A DNA stretch of 64,000 nt from NCBI GenBank assembly GCA_022605425.2, contig JAKIMF020000001.1, positions 372,001 through 436,000 of the forward strand, read 5' to 3'. Under the pieces are notes generated by a model. That model was not told where the DNA came from. It saw only the letters and a program-made list of their open reading frames with translations, and made no database searches. The translations under genes and the position numbers were made by a program. Shown here piece by piece: positions 24,549-38,590 of this stretch. Position 1 is the stretch's first letter. Each line of letters opens with the position of its first letter. This DNA is from Hamiltosporidium tvaerminnensis FI-OER-3-3. Taxonomy: Eukaryota; Fungi; Microsporidia.

Positions 24549-26302
24549 ATGAAGATATTAAACAATCAAATATGAATATTTTATGTAAAATTTAAATTAT
24601 AAATGCGAAAAAATTTATTTTTATTTTAATATCGAGCATCTGAATATTCCAAATCCGATGTAAGGAATTATAGTACTTATTCAAAAAGAAATCACAAAAA
24701 TTACTTTATTATAAACTTATGACACCTTCTTTACTATCAAACAGATTAATTCTCAAAATAACTTTAGAATTTTACTTTTATAATCTACAGACATATAATA
24801 TGTGTAAAAAAGAAGCTTTTCGTATTCACAAATTATTTTACTTTGAAATAAAACTCATTTAAAATATAAGTTTAAAGAATGTTGAATTTGAGTGTAATAG
24901 TTATGGAATGTGTGTATTTATAATTTAACGCTTTAATAATATTGGCGCTTTTAAACTAAAAACAAGTTTGTTCTATTGATATTTACTCAAATTTATAAAT
25001 TTACATACAAATAATTTGATTCGCTATCATGAATCGAATTATTAAAGTATTTAGATAATTAGACAATATATATTCTATTGAATTTTTATTAAAGGAATTA
25101 AATGTGGATACTATTTGAAAAAGGAAATTTATCTTTCAAGGCAGAGCAGAAAAATAATGCCTAAAATATTCATAAAATAGTGAGTTGGTAGATGATTTAA
25201 GATACAAACATTCAAAATAAACCTTTATTTCATGATATAAAAAAATGTCTTAATTAATAGGAAAATTAAATTTTAGAACAAAAAATTTAGAAGCCACAAA
25301 TATAATCATAAATTTTAGATGTTTAAAAACGAATTTTAATCATATAATATATAGTAACGATATAAACTTCACAGAGGTCATTATAAGAAACGATGAATGT
25401 ATTAAAAACTTTGGTTGTGCTTTTTTTCATCCGAAGAATTTTATCGATAAGAAACCTACATAGATTTGAAAAATAAAGATTTTCTTATTAAAAAAAGATA
25501 ATTATATTTCATGAGAAAATAAAAAAACTCTACCTTTCTTCAATTTCTTAATCTATTAGTGATTTTTGTTCGTTAAAAACATAAAATAAGCTCAGATCAT
25601 GGTAAAATAGAATGTATTAAAAGATCCAAAAGAACACCTAGATAATTTAAGATGATGATTTTATATGTATGTCTCATTGAATATTCCAATCCAAGGTTTA
25701 TTGAAAGAGAAACAAGTTAAGATAAGATGCAAAGCTTTATCTAAGAAACCAAAATTATCAAAATATTTTTCTAATTTATAAAGAATAGCTGATAAAAATT
25801 AAACATACAAATAAAATAAATCAATAAAAACGCGAGGAAATTTCATATGGAACAAATATTAAACATAAATATTTGCCAAATCGTATGTATATTGTAAATA
25901 ATATACATTTAAAATTTCTGTTGTAATTGGATAAATTAGAAGATACAGGTATAAAATAAGAAAAAAGTAAGACATATAATATAATTGGTAAAACTCTTTA
26001 AACTAAGCAATTTGAATAATTATTTAGATAGGGTACTTACGCCAGTACACTTTAAAAGCTATATGTGCCAAAAAAATAATGATTACAAAAGAACCAAACA
26101 ATTTGAGTTTCAATATCTATAATGTATTTTTATAATAGCTTATGAAATATCTAAGAAGATAAATATAAAAATTGATTTAAGAATAATCAAATTTCCGTAT
26201 AATTCAGCTAAAATTCATGCCAAAAATTATTAGCTTTGTATCAATTCTCAACTAACATAAAGAAATTAGGTTTACTTCACAATAGCAATCATTTGTTTAG
26301 AT

Positions 26303-27059
26303 CAGGGGTCTCCAAAATTCGGCTTGCGGACACTTTTAATTCAGCCCGATGCCACATTTTTCCGGGTTGCCAATTTGTTTTATTGAGTAGATTTTTTTCA
26401 AATAAGGTAATAAAAGAAAAAAATAAAGTTAAATCATATAAAAAGAATTGCAATTGTAGATAATTTAGGCCTGGACTTGTAATACAAAGAAGATTCCTAG
26501 AGTTTTTATTATTTTTTCCAAACTAGCAATTATTTTATACTAAAAAATCAAAATTAAATAACAAAAAAATATATGGCACAATTAATTATTAATGAGATTG
26601 ATATAGTTGTGATTTTTAGGTGATAATTCTTAGAAATATTAGGTTATATTAACAGGTTGAATTTACTAGAAACGAATTCCATTACTTATCTGTTAATTGC
26701 GATCTATAAATGATTTTTTAAAATTTCATTTTAGAGAATGTTCCTTCGCACAACTACGTAGAGCCGAAAGCGGAAATAAAACACTGAGAAAATGTATGAA
26801 CGTAAATGGATTGTGTAGCTGGAAGACTCTTATAAAATTTCAATAACTAATCTATTCATTTTTTATAAATATATTGTTCATAGATATGTTTGATTTTATT
26901 AACATCAATATGAAATCTAAAAATTTGATTTAAAATATTCAGAATTAAAATTGCAGAAACATTTTGGAGTATGGTGGCATAAAAAACAATGATTTCATGG
27001 CCCGCGGGATTTTTTTTAGATGTCAATGTGGCCCGAACAATTAACTTTGTATACCCTTG
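26303..27059. mobile_element. Non-autonomous hAT (Buster/Charlie-like) DNA transposon relic, ~757 bp
   Basis: Left TIR caggggtctccaaa; right TIR tttgtatacccttg (11/14 match to the reverse complement). Subterminal ggcccgcggg and atgtggcccg motifs. The 8-bp flanks gtttagat and gttcaaat match at 6/8, and the left flank fits nnnTAnnn. Confidence 0.72.
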
Positions 27060-29599
27060 GTTCAAATAAACCCAAAATAATCGATTTATTTCAACTTGGC
27101 TTAAAATACTTCGAAATAAATCACAATTACATCTATATTTTCTATTCTAATCATAGATATATTTGAATTTTTCAAAAACTCGGATTTTAAAACGTGTAAT
27201 ATTCTTTATCAAAAATCAGTGAAATAATTCTATTTTAAAACAGTGAAGGTAAGTGGTTACAAAACCTTTACATTTTTAGTTGAAATAAACTACTCAGGAG
27301 AAACAATGATATCTAAACTTCAAAAGGCATTAACTACAATAAGAGCTATAATGAAAAGTCAAATTGTTTTATATCTCAGATGATAACCATATATCAGAAT
27401 GTTTAAAAAAACACTTTATAAATAATTAAAAGTTGTTAAAACCCAGCTGAATAAGAGGCATTATTTTAACGGATTGATAAAAATAGATCATATGACATTA
27501 AAAAACCGAGAAATAGGCAGCTTTGAAATAAATGAATAATATCATTTTAACTAACCTTATTAATCCAATGTATTATAATCAACGATACAATGCTCTAATT
27601 TATGATTACAAGACCGATTCTCCTGAAATGGCTTCGTATCTTTCTAAAAATTTTAACTAAAGACATGTGTTTAGTTCCTAGCCGCATCGTTTTTATTTTT
27701 TGTGCGTTTGACAAATTTTAAATGCTTTTCATTGTTAATAACATAATTAGAAATCTTCAAATGAATAAAGATAATCAGGATTGAACTGAAAAAAATACTT
27801 AAATATTCTAAATTATCTATTGGATTTTAGATGAAAGATATATATATTATACGGCTTATGCGTTAAAATTTCAAGAAATTCACGATTACTTACGATTGAA
27901 AATATATCTAATCCTAATAAAACTATTTCACTTTCTGTTTCTATATAACTTTTCATTACAAAACCAATCAAGACCGCTTAATAATAACAATAAGATTCCT
28001 TATTTACATTAATAATCATATAATAACATAAATGCATTCACAATAATATAATTGTAGCAAAAAAACAATTTTAGCTGATTTCTACAAAAACGGGTTTAAA
28101 ATTCTTCTAAAGTAAAACCGGTGAGATTCATTCATTTAATGAAATTATGAATAAGTTAGAATTACCAACGCAAATCTTTGAATAGCCAGACATCAATAAG
28201 AGCTCATAGTAATCACTAGAAACCAAAAACGACACCAAAAAGTAAATATTTTAAAATATTGCCTATCATTTCTTTACTTTTAAGATTTAAAAATATAATA
28301 ACCAAAAATTTGATGAGAATTTCTTCAATTCCAGTTATTATAAGAAAAGCCATGATCATTGTTAAATTACACTGGATTCAGATATGAAAATAAATGTTAA
28401 AATATTATTTATATATTAGCCTTGTGGCAAAATCTAGCATATTTAAATTCATTTTGCAAGTAAAAAAGCTAATTTCAGTTATTTTTTTACAATTTAAAGT
28501 TCTCTAAAAAAAACTTTTTTGGTAAAATTACAAAATTTAACCTTTTTAGATTTTTTGCTTGATTTTAATTTTGTCTTATGTTTTCATGTAGGTTTGCCTT
28601 TGGTTGCTTTTTTTAAGAAATTTTAATTTTTTTGTTTCATTTTGTGTAGAACTTTAATTGTATTTATTTCGCTCAAATTTAACCGGAAGAAAATAAATTA
28701 AACAAAAAAAAAATTCTTAACCAAAGAATATAATTCTGCGAGCATTTCTACGAAAAGAATAAAACAATATATGAATTTTTTACGTAATTCATAGATTTCC
28801 TATGATGAAAAATTAAAAACCAGCAATTTAATATCCCTTTTTATTGCAAGCACTCTTTTGTGTTAAAGGAAGGTCATTGGATATCATTAATGGTAAATCT
28901 ATAGACTACACGGAAACCTATTCGTTAATGCTTGATGATGCACACGGGAATATCATATTCAAAGTATATTCATTAGCCTTTATAAATTCTGATATATATT
29001 GAATAGCAGCGAGACATAAGTTGATTAAAAATGATAAAAAAAATCCAAATTTTTATCGATAAGAAATTTCAGGCATAAGCGAATAGTTAATACCGAGGAA
29101 GTAAAAGAGGCGTTCATATTTAAAGATCGAACTTCGTAATATTTCATAAATTGGAAAAGTAAAATAGTAGGACATTTTTTTAGATAAATATTTTTATAAT
29201 TCAATGTTAAAACACGTTTTTTTCATTTTTTAAATGCTCTTATCTGTTTTTCAAATTAATATAATCAAGTTGAATATTTTTTTCTCGACTTTATATTTCT
29301 GTAATTGTGAACTAAAGCAAAAATTATATATAAGACTATTTTAGTATCGAAGACGTAAAACGTACGTTTAAGAAATTCTTGCTTTCCTCACCCTTAAAAT
29401 GAGATGTGGCAGTCATGTTTGCACATCGAAATGTATTTTATTCAAAAATCAAATAAACAGACAAACTACATATTAAAATATTTTAAAATAATGGCTAAAA
29501 CGAAAAAATTGATTAAAAATGATTTTTACTTTATTCTAAGTTGAGAGATATCAGAATATATTTTTCATATAAAACGTAACACAAAATATATAAGAAAAT

Positions 29600-32181
29600 A
29601 AAAACAGTTATTATTTTAATTCAGATGTAATTATGTTAACCCCGTTCAAAAAACCCGAAGAATCACCATTCAATCACAATATTTAACGGAATTTCAGTAA
29701 ACACTGAATATTTAATTTAATTACGATATTTACCTGTAGTTAAATTGTATGGAGTGATTTTCAAGTATAAAATATATTCCTTTTGATATCATAGAAATTT
29801 TTTTTCAATGCTTTCTTCGTAGAGATAATATCGTAACTTCGGATTATTAAATTGAAAACTGATTTTGTTTGAAAAAAAATAGCTTTTATGTAAAGGAATT
29901 TTAAAAAATTTTACTTGAAATATAAACGCGCCGCAAATCGATACCGTTAAAGTCTTTAAATTCTTGAAATTCTTTATATATTGATAATCATTGAAATCGA
30001 TTCACACACCCCAAATATTAGAGTGTTTAAGAGAATCTAGAAATCTACAATCGTTACCTAATTTATATAATTTCATATACTCGGTGAATTTACATTCTGT
30101 AAGATCTAATTTTTCTAGAACCTCTAGATATTTTATTCTGTTTAGATCATTATATGATATATTACCCCATTTATAAGTAAGTTTTTTTAATCTTAAATTA
30201 CAACCAATACTTAATTTAGTAGGATTACACAAATAAGATTTACATCCTGAAACAAAAAGAGTTTCAAGATATTCAAGCCTGGCTAAAATATCTAAATTTT
30301 TAAATGCCTTTAGATTAGAACCGCACAAACATAACGATTTAATGCTCAAAGACCTATAATCAAGCAATTTTATATTTCTGATAGATTTTAATTCGCAAAA
30401 CTCTAGAGACAACACCTTCAGGTTTTCACATTTAAATATCTCGATTAAACTTAATCCGCTTATCTTAATACTATTTAAATTTAGACGAGTCAAATATTTA
30501 AAATCGCTAAACGGTTTAAGTTCTAAAGTTTTTTTGTGTAGAAAAAAGTTATTTATAATTAGAGTTTCTATTCTTGGTATTTGAAACAAATAATTGTAAA
30601 ATTTGCTGCTAAAGAAATTATTTCCAACAGTTAAATTTTCAAAAATTTCAAGTTACCAATCGCATTTAGTAGCAATAGATCCGTCTTCTTATCCGATCTA
30701 TAATTCAAAAGTATTAAAGTCTGTAATGATCTAATATTTTTTAAAAAAATAAAAAATTCTTCTGATATTTTATATGAATAGAATCTTATTTGCAAATATA
30801 GAAGAACATCAATGTTCAAATCTTTTAATTTAGCACATTCTCGAATAAAATATTGCTCCGAGAAAGATAGATCAAAGAATAATATACATTTTTGAATATT
30901 GATGAACGTGTTAAGGTTACCAACCATGAAAAATTAAACTTAACCTTTCGCAATTCAATATATTCCAAAGATTGATTTCAATCAATGTAAGCATCTAAAA
31001 AAGAAACATCTGCATCCATATTTACATTATCCAGTTTCAATCCTTTAAGATTATGCTTTTTTAAAAATGTATCAACATATCTCCCATCAACTATGGAATT
31101 TCTGAGAGTAAAAATTTCCAAATTATCATCGATCGATTCATTTAATTGACTACAAAAATACCGAGTCGCAATTGTAAGGTTTGAAATCGTTAATGCTTAA
31201 AACAGATGCTTAAAATTCGAAAAAAAATTGAAACTTTGACTTTTTGTTAGCGATACTTGATAATAATTTAATATAAATGCCTTTATATTTATTTGCTCTA
31301 ATAAAAACATGAAATTATTAAGAATATGACGATTAGTAATGATTTTTTCTAAGATCGAAAACACTTTAAAATCATTTATAAGCAGACTTTTATATGGAAT
31401 ATGTTCATTTAAAAAAGAAGGATCAATTTATCCTTCATATTTCTACAAAGTATCAAATTTTCATCATAGAAAACATGTCTTATCATCAAGGCGTTTAATA
31501 ATTCTATAATCAACTTTGTTTTAAAAATAGAGTAGATTTCTAATGAGTGATATAAACTTAAAACCACTTTCAAGTTTTGGTTTTCGTTCTTCGAATTATT
31601 GATGTTTTGATTTAGAAGAATATTGAAATATACTGCTTTTATAAATTTCGAAAGATTTTGATTTTCAATAACTTTTAAATATTGAAAACTAAATAGCAGT
31701 CATTTAAATTTAACATGCGTTATTTCATCAGCCAGTTCCGAAATGTCACTGGTGAGTTTTAAAATATATAAAAATTAAAATTACACTCAATTTTCCAGAT
31801 TATATGATCAGATATATTTTGATGTGGAATATCATCTAAAATTTCGAATCGAATAAAATTATTTTTTTTATACGTTAAAACATGTTTTTCATTATTTATT
31901 GATCTTGTATTTTGGTCATTTAATATCCTTAGATACAAATGGTTCTCGTTTTTCTCAAATACTAACTTTTCTTTTGGTATTTTGTAATATAAATACAGAT
32001 TAGAATCACCTTCTTTTTTCAACAAATATATGAATCTATGCGTAAGTACGATGCGATAAAATATAAATATATTCAGCATCAGACAGCAATTATTAGATTT
32101 TAAAAATCTTAATGATATATTTTTACTAAAAAAGGCGTTACTATTCATTAATAATAAAGGAAGGATAAAATATAATTCCAT
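29600..32181 (-). pseudogene. Decayed secreted leucine-rich-repeat protein gene
   Basis: Hydrophobic N-terminus MELYFILPLLLMNSNAFFS. Collinear fragments at 31759-32181, 30631-30927 and 30002-30589 carry LxxLxL repeats (LTRLNLNS, LKVLSLEFC, LEKLDLTEC). A GGG motif lies just upstream of the ATG. Multiple frameshifts and stops; the 3' limit is approximate. Confidence 0.72.
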
Positions 32182-33335
32182 ATACCCAATTTAGATTAGA
32201 TATTAGAATATTTGTAACTGATAAAATTAAATAAATATTAATGATAAATTAATATGTAATTATTAAATTAATTTTTGATTATATTAATGGCTTTGAATTG
32301 TTCAGATTTTCATAGATTTTATTTTTGTATATTATATATTGGAACTATTCATATTTTACTTATGATTTGTGTTATTTTAATATAATATAAGTTAACCGAT
32401 GAGTTGCAAGTTCTTTTGCTTTTCAATTATATTTATGTCTTTTTTCCAGTCTTTTTGTTCGTTTAATTTTTTATTTATCATCTCATTTATGTTTGTTTTT
32501 ACAATATGTTTTTTTATAAAGTCTAAACCTCTGATTTTGCAGTATATTTTTCCTCCCGTTTTGAATAAGAAAATTTCAAATTGATTTTTTTAATCATTTT
32601 TCTAAGCTCGTATACCTTACCTCTTAAATCTGTAAATAAATAGACCAAAAAATATTTTTTTGTGATATCTACCATAATAACTTTTAAAATTACACTGTAT
32701 GTCCGGTATCGAAGAAGAAAATTCCAATCTTTAATTCTCATTTGTATTCCACTTCGTCTTTGATACTCATATAAATATACGCAATTAGATAAATATTTTG
32801 TAAAGCGTTAGGTATACAAATTATTCTAATTAGTTAAAACAAAGTCATAATTCTCATATTCCTGATCAATGATTATAATCGTATCTTTGTAGTTATTTTT
32901 GCCTGTTTTAGAATTATCCTTTTTCATTTCTATTGAAACATATCTGATATAGCTTTTGATTCTGTATATTCCTATTTTCCTTTTCAAGTCCAAATTACGT
33001 TAATACATTCTATAAATTTAGCTGAAGAACAATCTTTAAAATTTATAGAAATACGCCATAGTTGTTGTAATTTGACTGGCCATAAAATGTTTAAAAACTT
33101 CGTTACGATTATTATAGACAGTGTTATGTATTTGCTGTTGCACTAATATAGAATAATTTGCTTATAATAGCCAAAATGCATCATTCCTAATCACATATAA
33201 AATATTCAGTCGAGCATTCTTTTTACAAAATAACTTTTTTTCTTATACTTTAAATTATATATCTACATTTTTTTATAAAAAAATTTAATTATACTTTAGA
33301 ATTTTTATTTAATTAATATATGAGTTAATAACAAA

Positions 33336-36300
33336 ATGAGTAGAAGGAAAAAAGTAGACAGCGAAAATATAAAAAATGAAAAAATAAAGGCTGTAAACAA
33401 CTCGGAGAACAGTGCAGGAGAGATTTTGATGTGTGATGTAGATGTAGCAATGTTATCCCAGAGACTTCCACCTCCACCGACCTTACCAATAACACCAACC
33501 ACTAAGCAGTAGTTGCCAGACTAGCCCAGTCTGCTTGGTTGACATCATACCCTCGTCTTCTGGTACCGATGTCACTTCGTTTGGACCAGCCAACGGCATG
33601 AAAAACCTCATTACAGATGCCATTTTATAAGAGAATCGACTGATAGTATTGCACTCAATACAGTACTCTGTCACAGTCGTAGGGCAAAAATGGCTTAGAT
33701 CTGCTATTCTAGCAGTGCAGAAGAGGTTTGAGAGAATGCCCAGAAATGGCTGGCCCGCTACTCTGAGGTACTATAATGAGAAATTTGGCTGCACATTAGA
33801 TATCGATGCGTTTAAAAAACTCGCACAAAATATGGCAGAAAAGGAAATAAGGCAAGAAGAGAATAGAGAGCGACGTAGAATCGCCACTTGTCTCACCGAG
33901 CCATGCACCCTGACTGACACCAAGGAGTACATAAACCTGAGCGATAAATTTTTGAGTAAAATCAAAAAATCTCGGAGAAGGAAATTGGAAAAGTGGTGGT
34001 CCGAACTCGAAAGCTTCCAAGTGAATTAGTTGATAGTAAAATTTTGGACCTCATTAATCTAGTAGCCGGTGAATATGCAGGAGATATTGTACCTGAGTCA
34101 ATTACGGAAGCCGCGTATATCATGCAAACTGCCCAGGTATGCTATGACGAGGCAACACGCAAAGAAAAGCCTAGATCCGCTTGGAAGGAAAACATAGAAA
34201 GTAAAATTTCTAAGTTATTACTTTCCAAAGATCTTCTCGAGAAGGCTCGTAAGCCGGAAAAGTTCTCCACTTCGTAAACGAAGCGCCTTAAGGCAATCAT
34301 GCGAGAGTTTAATTTAAACTTGAGCAGCGTAACTGATCTTTCTGAGGCTTTAGTTAAGAAGAATGAGTCTTTGAATGTGTACGAGAAAAAAATTACGATG
34401 CATGAAAGAAGGAAGCAATTCCGAAAAGAGAATCGTATGTTTGAGCTTTTCCGAGATCGATTTTATAAAGGTTATCTGAGCTTTTGGAATCCGAGCATGT
34501 GGTTAGTGGTGATGAAATTGTGAGTTTTTGGTCTACAATGTGGAACAAAAATGATGACACAGTCACGTATGATGATTATTTGATTCCATTTGTATCAGAT
34601 AATCATCCGACCACGTTTCCTTCACTTGATGAATTTGTAAATATCATTAATTGGCTCCCTAATTGGAAAGCTGCTGGAATTGATGGTATTTACAATTTTT
34701 TCATTAAGAAACTTACAACTCTTCACAAATATATTTATGATATTGTGAAAGTTATATGTTTAGAAGGAACACCACAAGCTGATTGGTTTTACTGCGGGCT
34801 TACGTATTTGATACCGAAAGGAATTCCACGAAGAGGCTCTGACTACAGGCCAATCACTTGTATGTCCAACCTCTATAAGTTAACGACAAAGTGTGTAACG
34901 AAAGTTGTTCAAATTGAAGTGGAAAGGCGAGGGTTGCTTGCAGGGAACCAATTAGGGGTGGTAAGAGGTGTGCAGGGAGCGAAAGAGCAGGCTCTACTGA
35001 ATATTGCGCTGAATAAAGATTACGGAAACAATCTTAAGGCAACATGGATTGATGTTAAAAAAGCTTATGATTCAATAGATTATGCTTATTTAACTCAATG
35101 CATTGAAAACCTTAATTTACCTGATTGGATCCTGAAATTTATTAAGGTAATTATATCAAAATGGAAAATTGATATATCAGTAGGGCCTGAAAAAATCATG
35201 AGCAAGAAGATTGATAGAGGGATTCTAAGGAGAGATTGTTTGTCACCATTGTTATTTGTGTTGTGTATGGATCCATTAAGCCAAAGCTAAATGAAAAATA
35301 CACAAGTGTGGCAGTACAAACAGATGCAGAATCCCTTTTGACTGTTCATCTCTTGTTTACTGATGATCTAAAGCTCTTTGCTAAAAACAGTGGCGAGATT
35401 GAGTACTATGACAGACGAGGCAAAGGAATTTTCAAAGGTGATTGAGTTAGAGATCAACAAAGAGAAGTCAGCCACAAATGATACGTGTTGTGATGATACT
35501 GCTACTCTTCTAGAAGGTATTAGTGTAGACAAAAATTAAAGAAAGATAGAAAATAGCAGAGGAATTTTAACACGTAGGTCATTTGAAGAAGTATAGAGCA
35601 AACTTTTATCAAGAGTTGAATTACTTTCTCACACTAGATTTATGCAAAAAATTTATTTTCTGCAAACAAATACCATGCGATATCGTTAATCAACTATCAC
35701 CTGGGAGTACTTCGACTTGAACCGGCTGACTTCTCTAAGTATGATGATGCAGTTCGTTCGGTGTTGGTGAAGAAGAAGATACATCTTTAGCGAAGCTGTA
35801 AAGAGCGTTTGTATCTTCCTAGAACATAACATGGAAGAGGCCTAAATAGTTTTGGGTTGCGAAGAAACATATGCTTCTGCAACTCTTGGATGTTCTTGAA
35901 AAAAGTAAAGAAAATTCAACTAGACGAGCAGAAATCCTTAAAGTGGAGAATAATAATAAAACCAATCTCTCACTCATAAAAGGCTTCTTAAAAGTAAAGT
36001 ACAGGTTCGTAGAAGAAGTCACTAAGAAAAGTTTAGAAGAAGCTTAACTTGCAAAACTATATAACGAAATAGAAAAACGAAAACTTCATTCAAAGTTATA
36101 TAATGCAAGAAAAAATGAGCTTGTGAGTGTTAGTGACTCTCCAAGATAGCTAAAGAGAGGAAATATTAGGCCACGAAATGAAGCTGTGTTCTGCTATATC
36201 CAGGATAGAAATGTATTCTGGGGAGCAGATGGTGTGTGTCAACATTGTGGGAAGTCTGGTAAGACTGTAGATCATCTAGCAGCTCGATGTGAAAAAATGC

Positions 36301-37111
36301 TAGGTCATGACTACACCAGACGGCATAATGAAGTGGTTAGATGCAGACACTTACTTCTTCTAAATAGATATAAGTTTAAGTCTTCAAAACGAATAAGGAG
36401 TCACTCAGTTCAATAAATTCTTGATAATGAGTATGCAGAGATAAGAGTGGACACCAGAATTAAAACTGATGTTAAAATTCGGAATAATAGACCCGACATA
36501 TTTATTTTAGATAAGAAGAAGAATAAGATAATACTCATTGAATTAGGAATCACTTCCCAAGATTCACTTAAATAGTTGAAACTGAAAAACTTAGGAAGTA
36601 TGACTTTCTAGCCAATGAGCCGGGTCTTATTTACAAATGTAGATAAGAGATAATCCCTTATGTGATGACCTGGGACGGTATTGTGACAAAATACCATAAA
36701 TATCATCTTAAAAGACTAGAAATACCCATGAATGTTGAGGCATATATTCAGTCTATAGTACTTAAGAAAACAGTCGAAACAATTTCCTTTGATCGACGAA
36801 GAGGACTTGAGTCAGGACTAAATGCCGAAGAGAGCTGGGAGAGAGCGTCAATGTGTGTTATTATGAGAGCAGAGATGCATGAGGGATTAAAACCTTATTT
36901 AAAAGAAGAGAAGAGAGAGGAAGATGGTGCAAAAAATTTTAAACCAAAAAATAAAGCACCCTTTATTTCACAAGGAGGAACCACTTTAGAGGAACCGACC
37001 AATAACATAAATAAAGAGTCGGATTTGGAAGAAGAGACAAAAGTGGTTAAAGAGGTAGAAGAAAACATATAAAAATCGTAAAAATATTTTAACCTAGAAT
37101 TTTATTAAATA
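33336..37111 (+). mobile_element. Decayed full-length copy of the RLE retrotransposon (second subfamily)
   Basis: Starts ATG AGT AGA AGG AAA (MSRRKKVDSENIKNE, versus MGRRKKVDSENIKND in the open copy). Fragmented ORFs cover RT (WIDVKKAYDS, FTDD), CCHC and RLE. The 3' end reads ttaacctagaattttattaaat. Confidence 0.93.
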
Positions 37112-38590
37112 TAAAAAATTATACTTAGATATATACTATTAGATAAGTAAAACAATTTATTCTACTACACCTTCTTCTTTAAATGTATTTTAATTCTATT
37201 TTAATTCTTTAAAAATTAAAATCTTATATTCCATTCTAATATAATTTCACATTTATTTAATTCATTCTAATAAATTTCTTATAAATTCAATCTTAATTTT
37301 ATTCGATGATTAATTTTAATCTTATCTAATAAAATGATGCCTGTATGATCGTTTTTGCATTTAATTCGTATACCTTTGGTTCCTAATTTATATATACAAG
37401 TTCTAAATACTAACCAAGTAACTTAAAGATCAAAACAATAGAATTAAGTTTTTGTATTAAGAAGATTTTTCTAAATAAATATGATAACAGGTCTAATCTT
37501 GAATTTTATTCCTAGTTTAAACTATATAAGAATAAATCTTAAACAAAAAAATTTCTTAATTTCATTTATATTAAATTAAAATAATACTTTAATGTATAGA
37601 ATGCTATTATGAGATATATCTCCTATATAATATTATTCTTAACATCTAATTATGTTTTATTCCCGTATGATACCAAAAAATTCTGTTGCAAAGCTAGAAT
37701 GGTTTACTAGTATTTCGCAATATATTTTGCTATTAATTTACTATGTATTTCTTTGTTGCCTGATAGAAATCAAACGATTGCATTTACATGTGTTTTTAAT
37801 CTATCAAAGATTTTGGCACGTATTGGAGTATAAATATAGCAGATTAAAACAAAATTTTCGGTTTATAAATTATACTATGATTGCTACTTAGTATAACAGA
37901 TGTGTTATATTGAGAAATCCGAAAAAAAATATTTTTTTGATAAAATATTTAAAATTTAATTCTAAAAGTCGGACTTATAATCTCATTCAGTAGCTAAAAA
38001 TTTTAAAATATATAAATTCAAATAAAATGTAGGACTTAAATAATCCCATTTGCTTGCTGATAAGGGTAAAAAAATATCTACATACTTAAATAAAATGTAA
38101 AATTCTTTTTTTAATTCTATTCTATCAGATATAAAGTACTATTAAGTCGATATTTTTATTAAATTACGTCTAATTCGAAAAGATATATAATTTCAGCTAT
38201 TTACAATCACTCATCTCGAATACACTTTTTAATTTAAAAAAATAATAGATAAAAGAATAAATGATTTTAAATAATTTAGATTAAATAAATCTCTTTTCTT
38301 ACAAAACGAAAGAACATCTTCAATTGATGATTTAAAATAGTCAATTGTTTAGTATTTTATCTTTAGTTAACAATATAAGATATGATAATAAATAGGTAGA
38401 TGAATTTTATTAAAAATTAATTTAATATCTGATGTAATATCATTAAGGAAATTAAAATAAGATTAAAAGATATATTAATAACCTTTTTTTCATTTTGATA
38501 CACTTTGTTTAAGATAAAGAGAATCAATGCAGATTTACAAACAAACATTCGATTTGAAATCTATATAATAAAAAAAACAATAATAAACAA

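Noticed and set aside
32399-33200. Possible gene fragments (32523-32741 and neighbours)
   Set aside because: Short, no identifiable domain, and cannot be supported without a database search.
33287-37129. Possible degenerate TSD of the decayed full-length copy (aattatactttaga at 33287 versus aattatacttaga at 37117)
   Set aside because: Imperfect, extremely AT-rich and offset from the apparent ends, so it could be chance.
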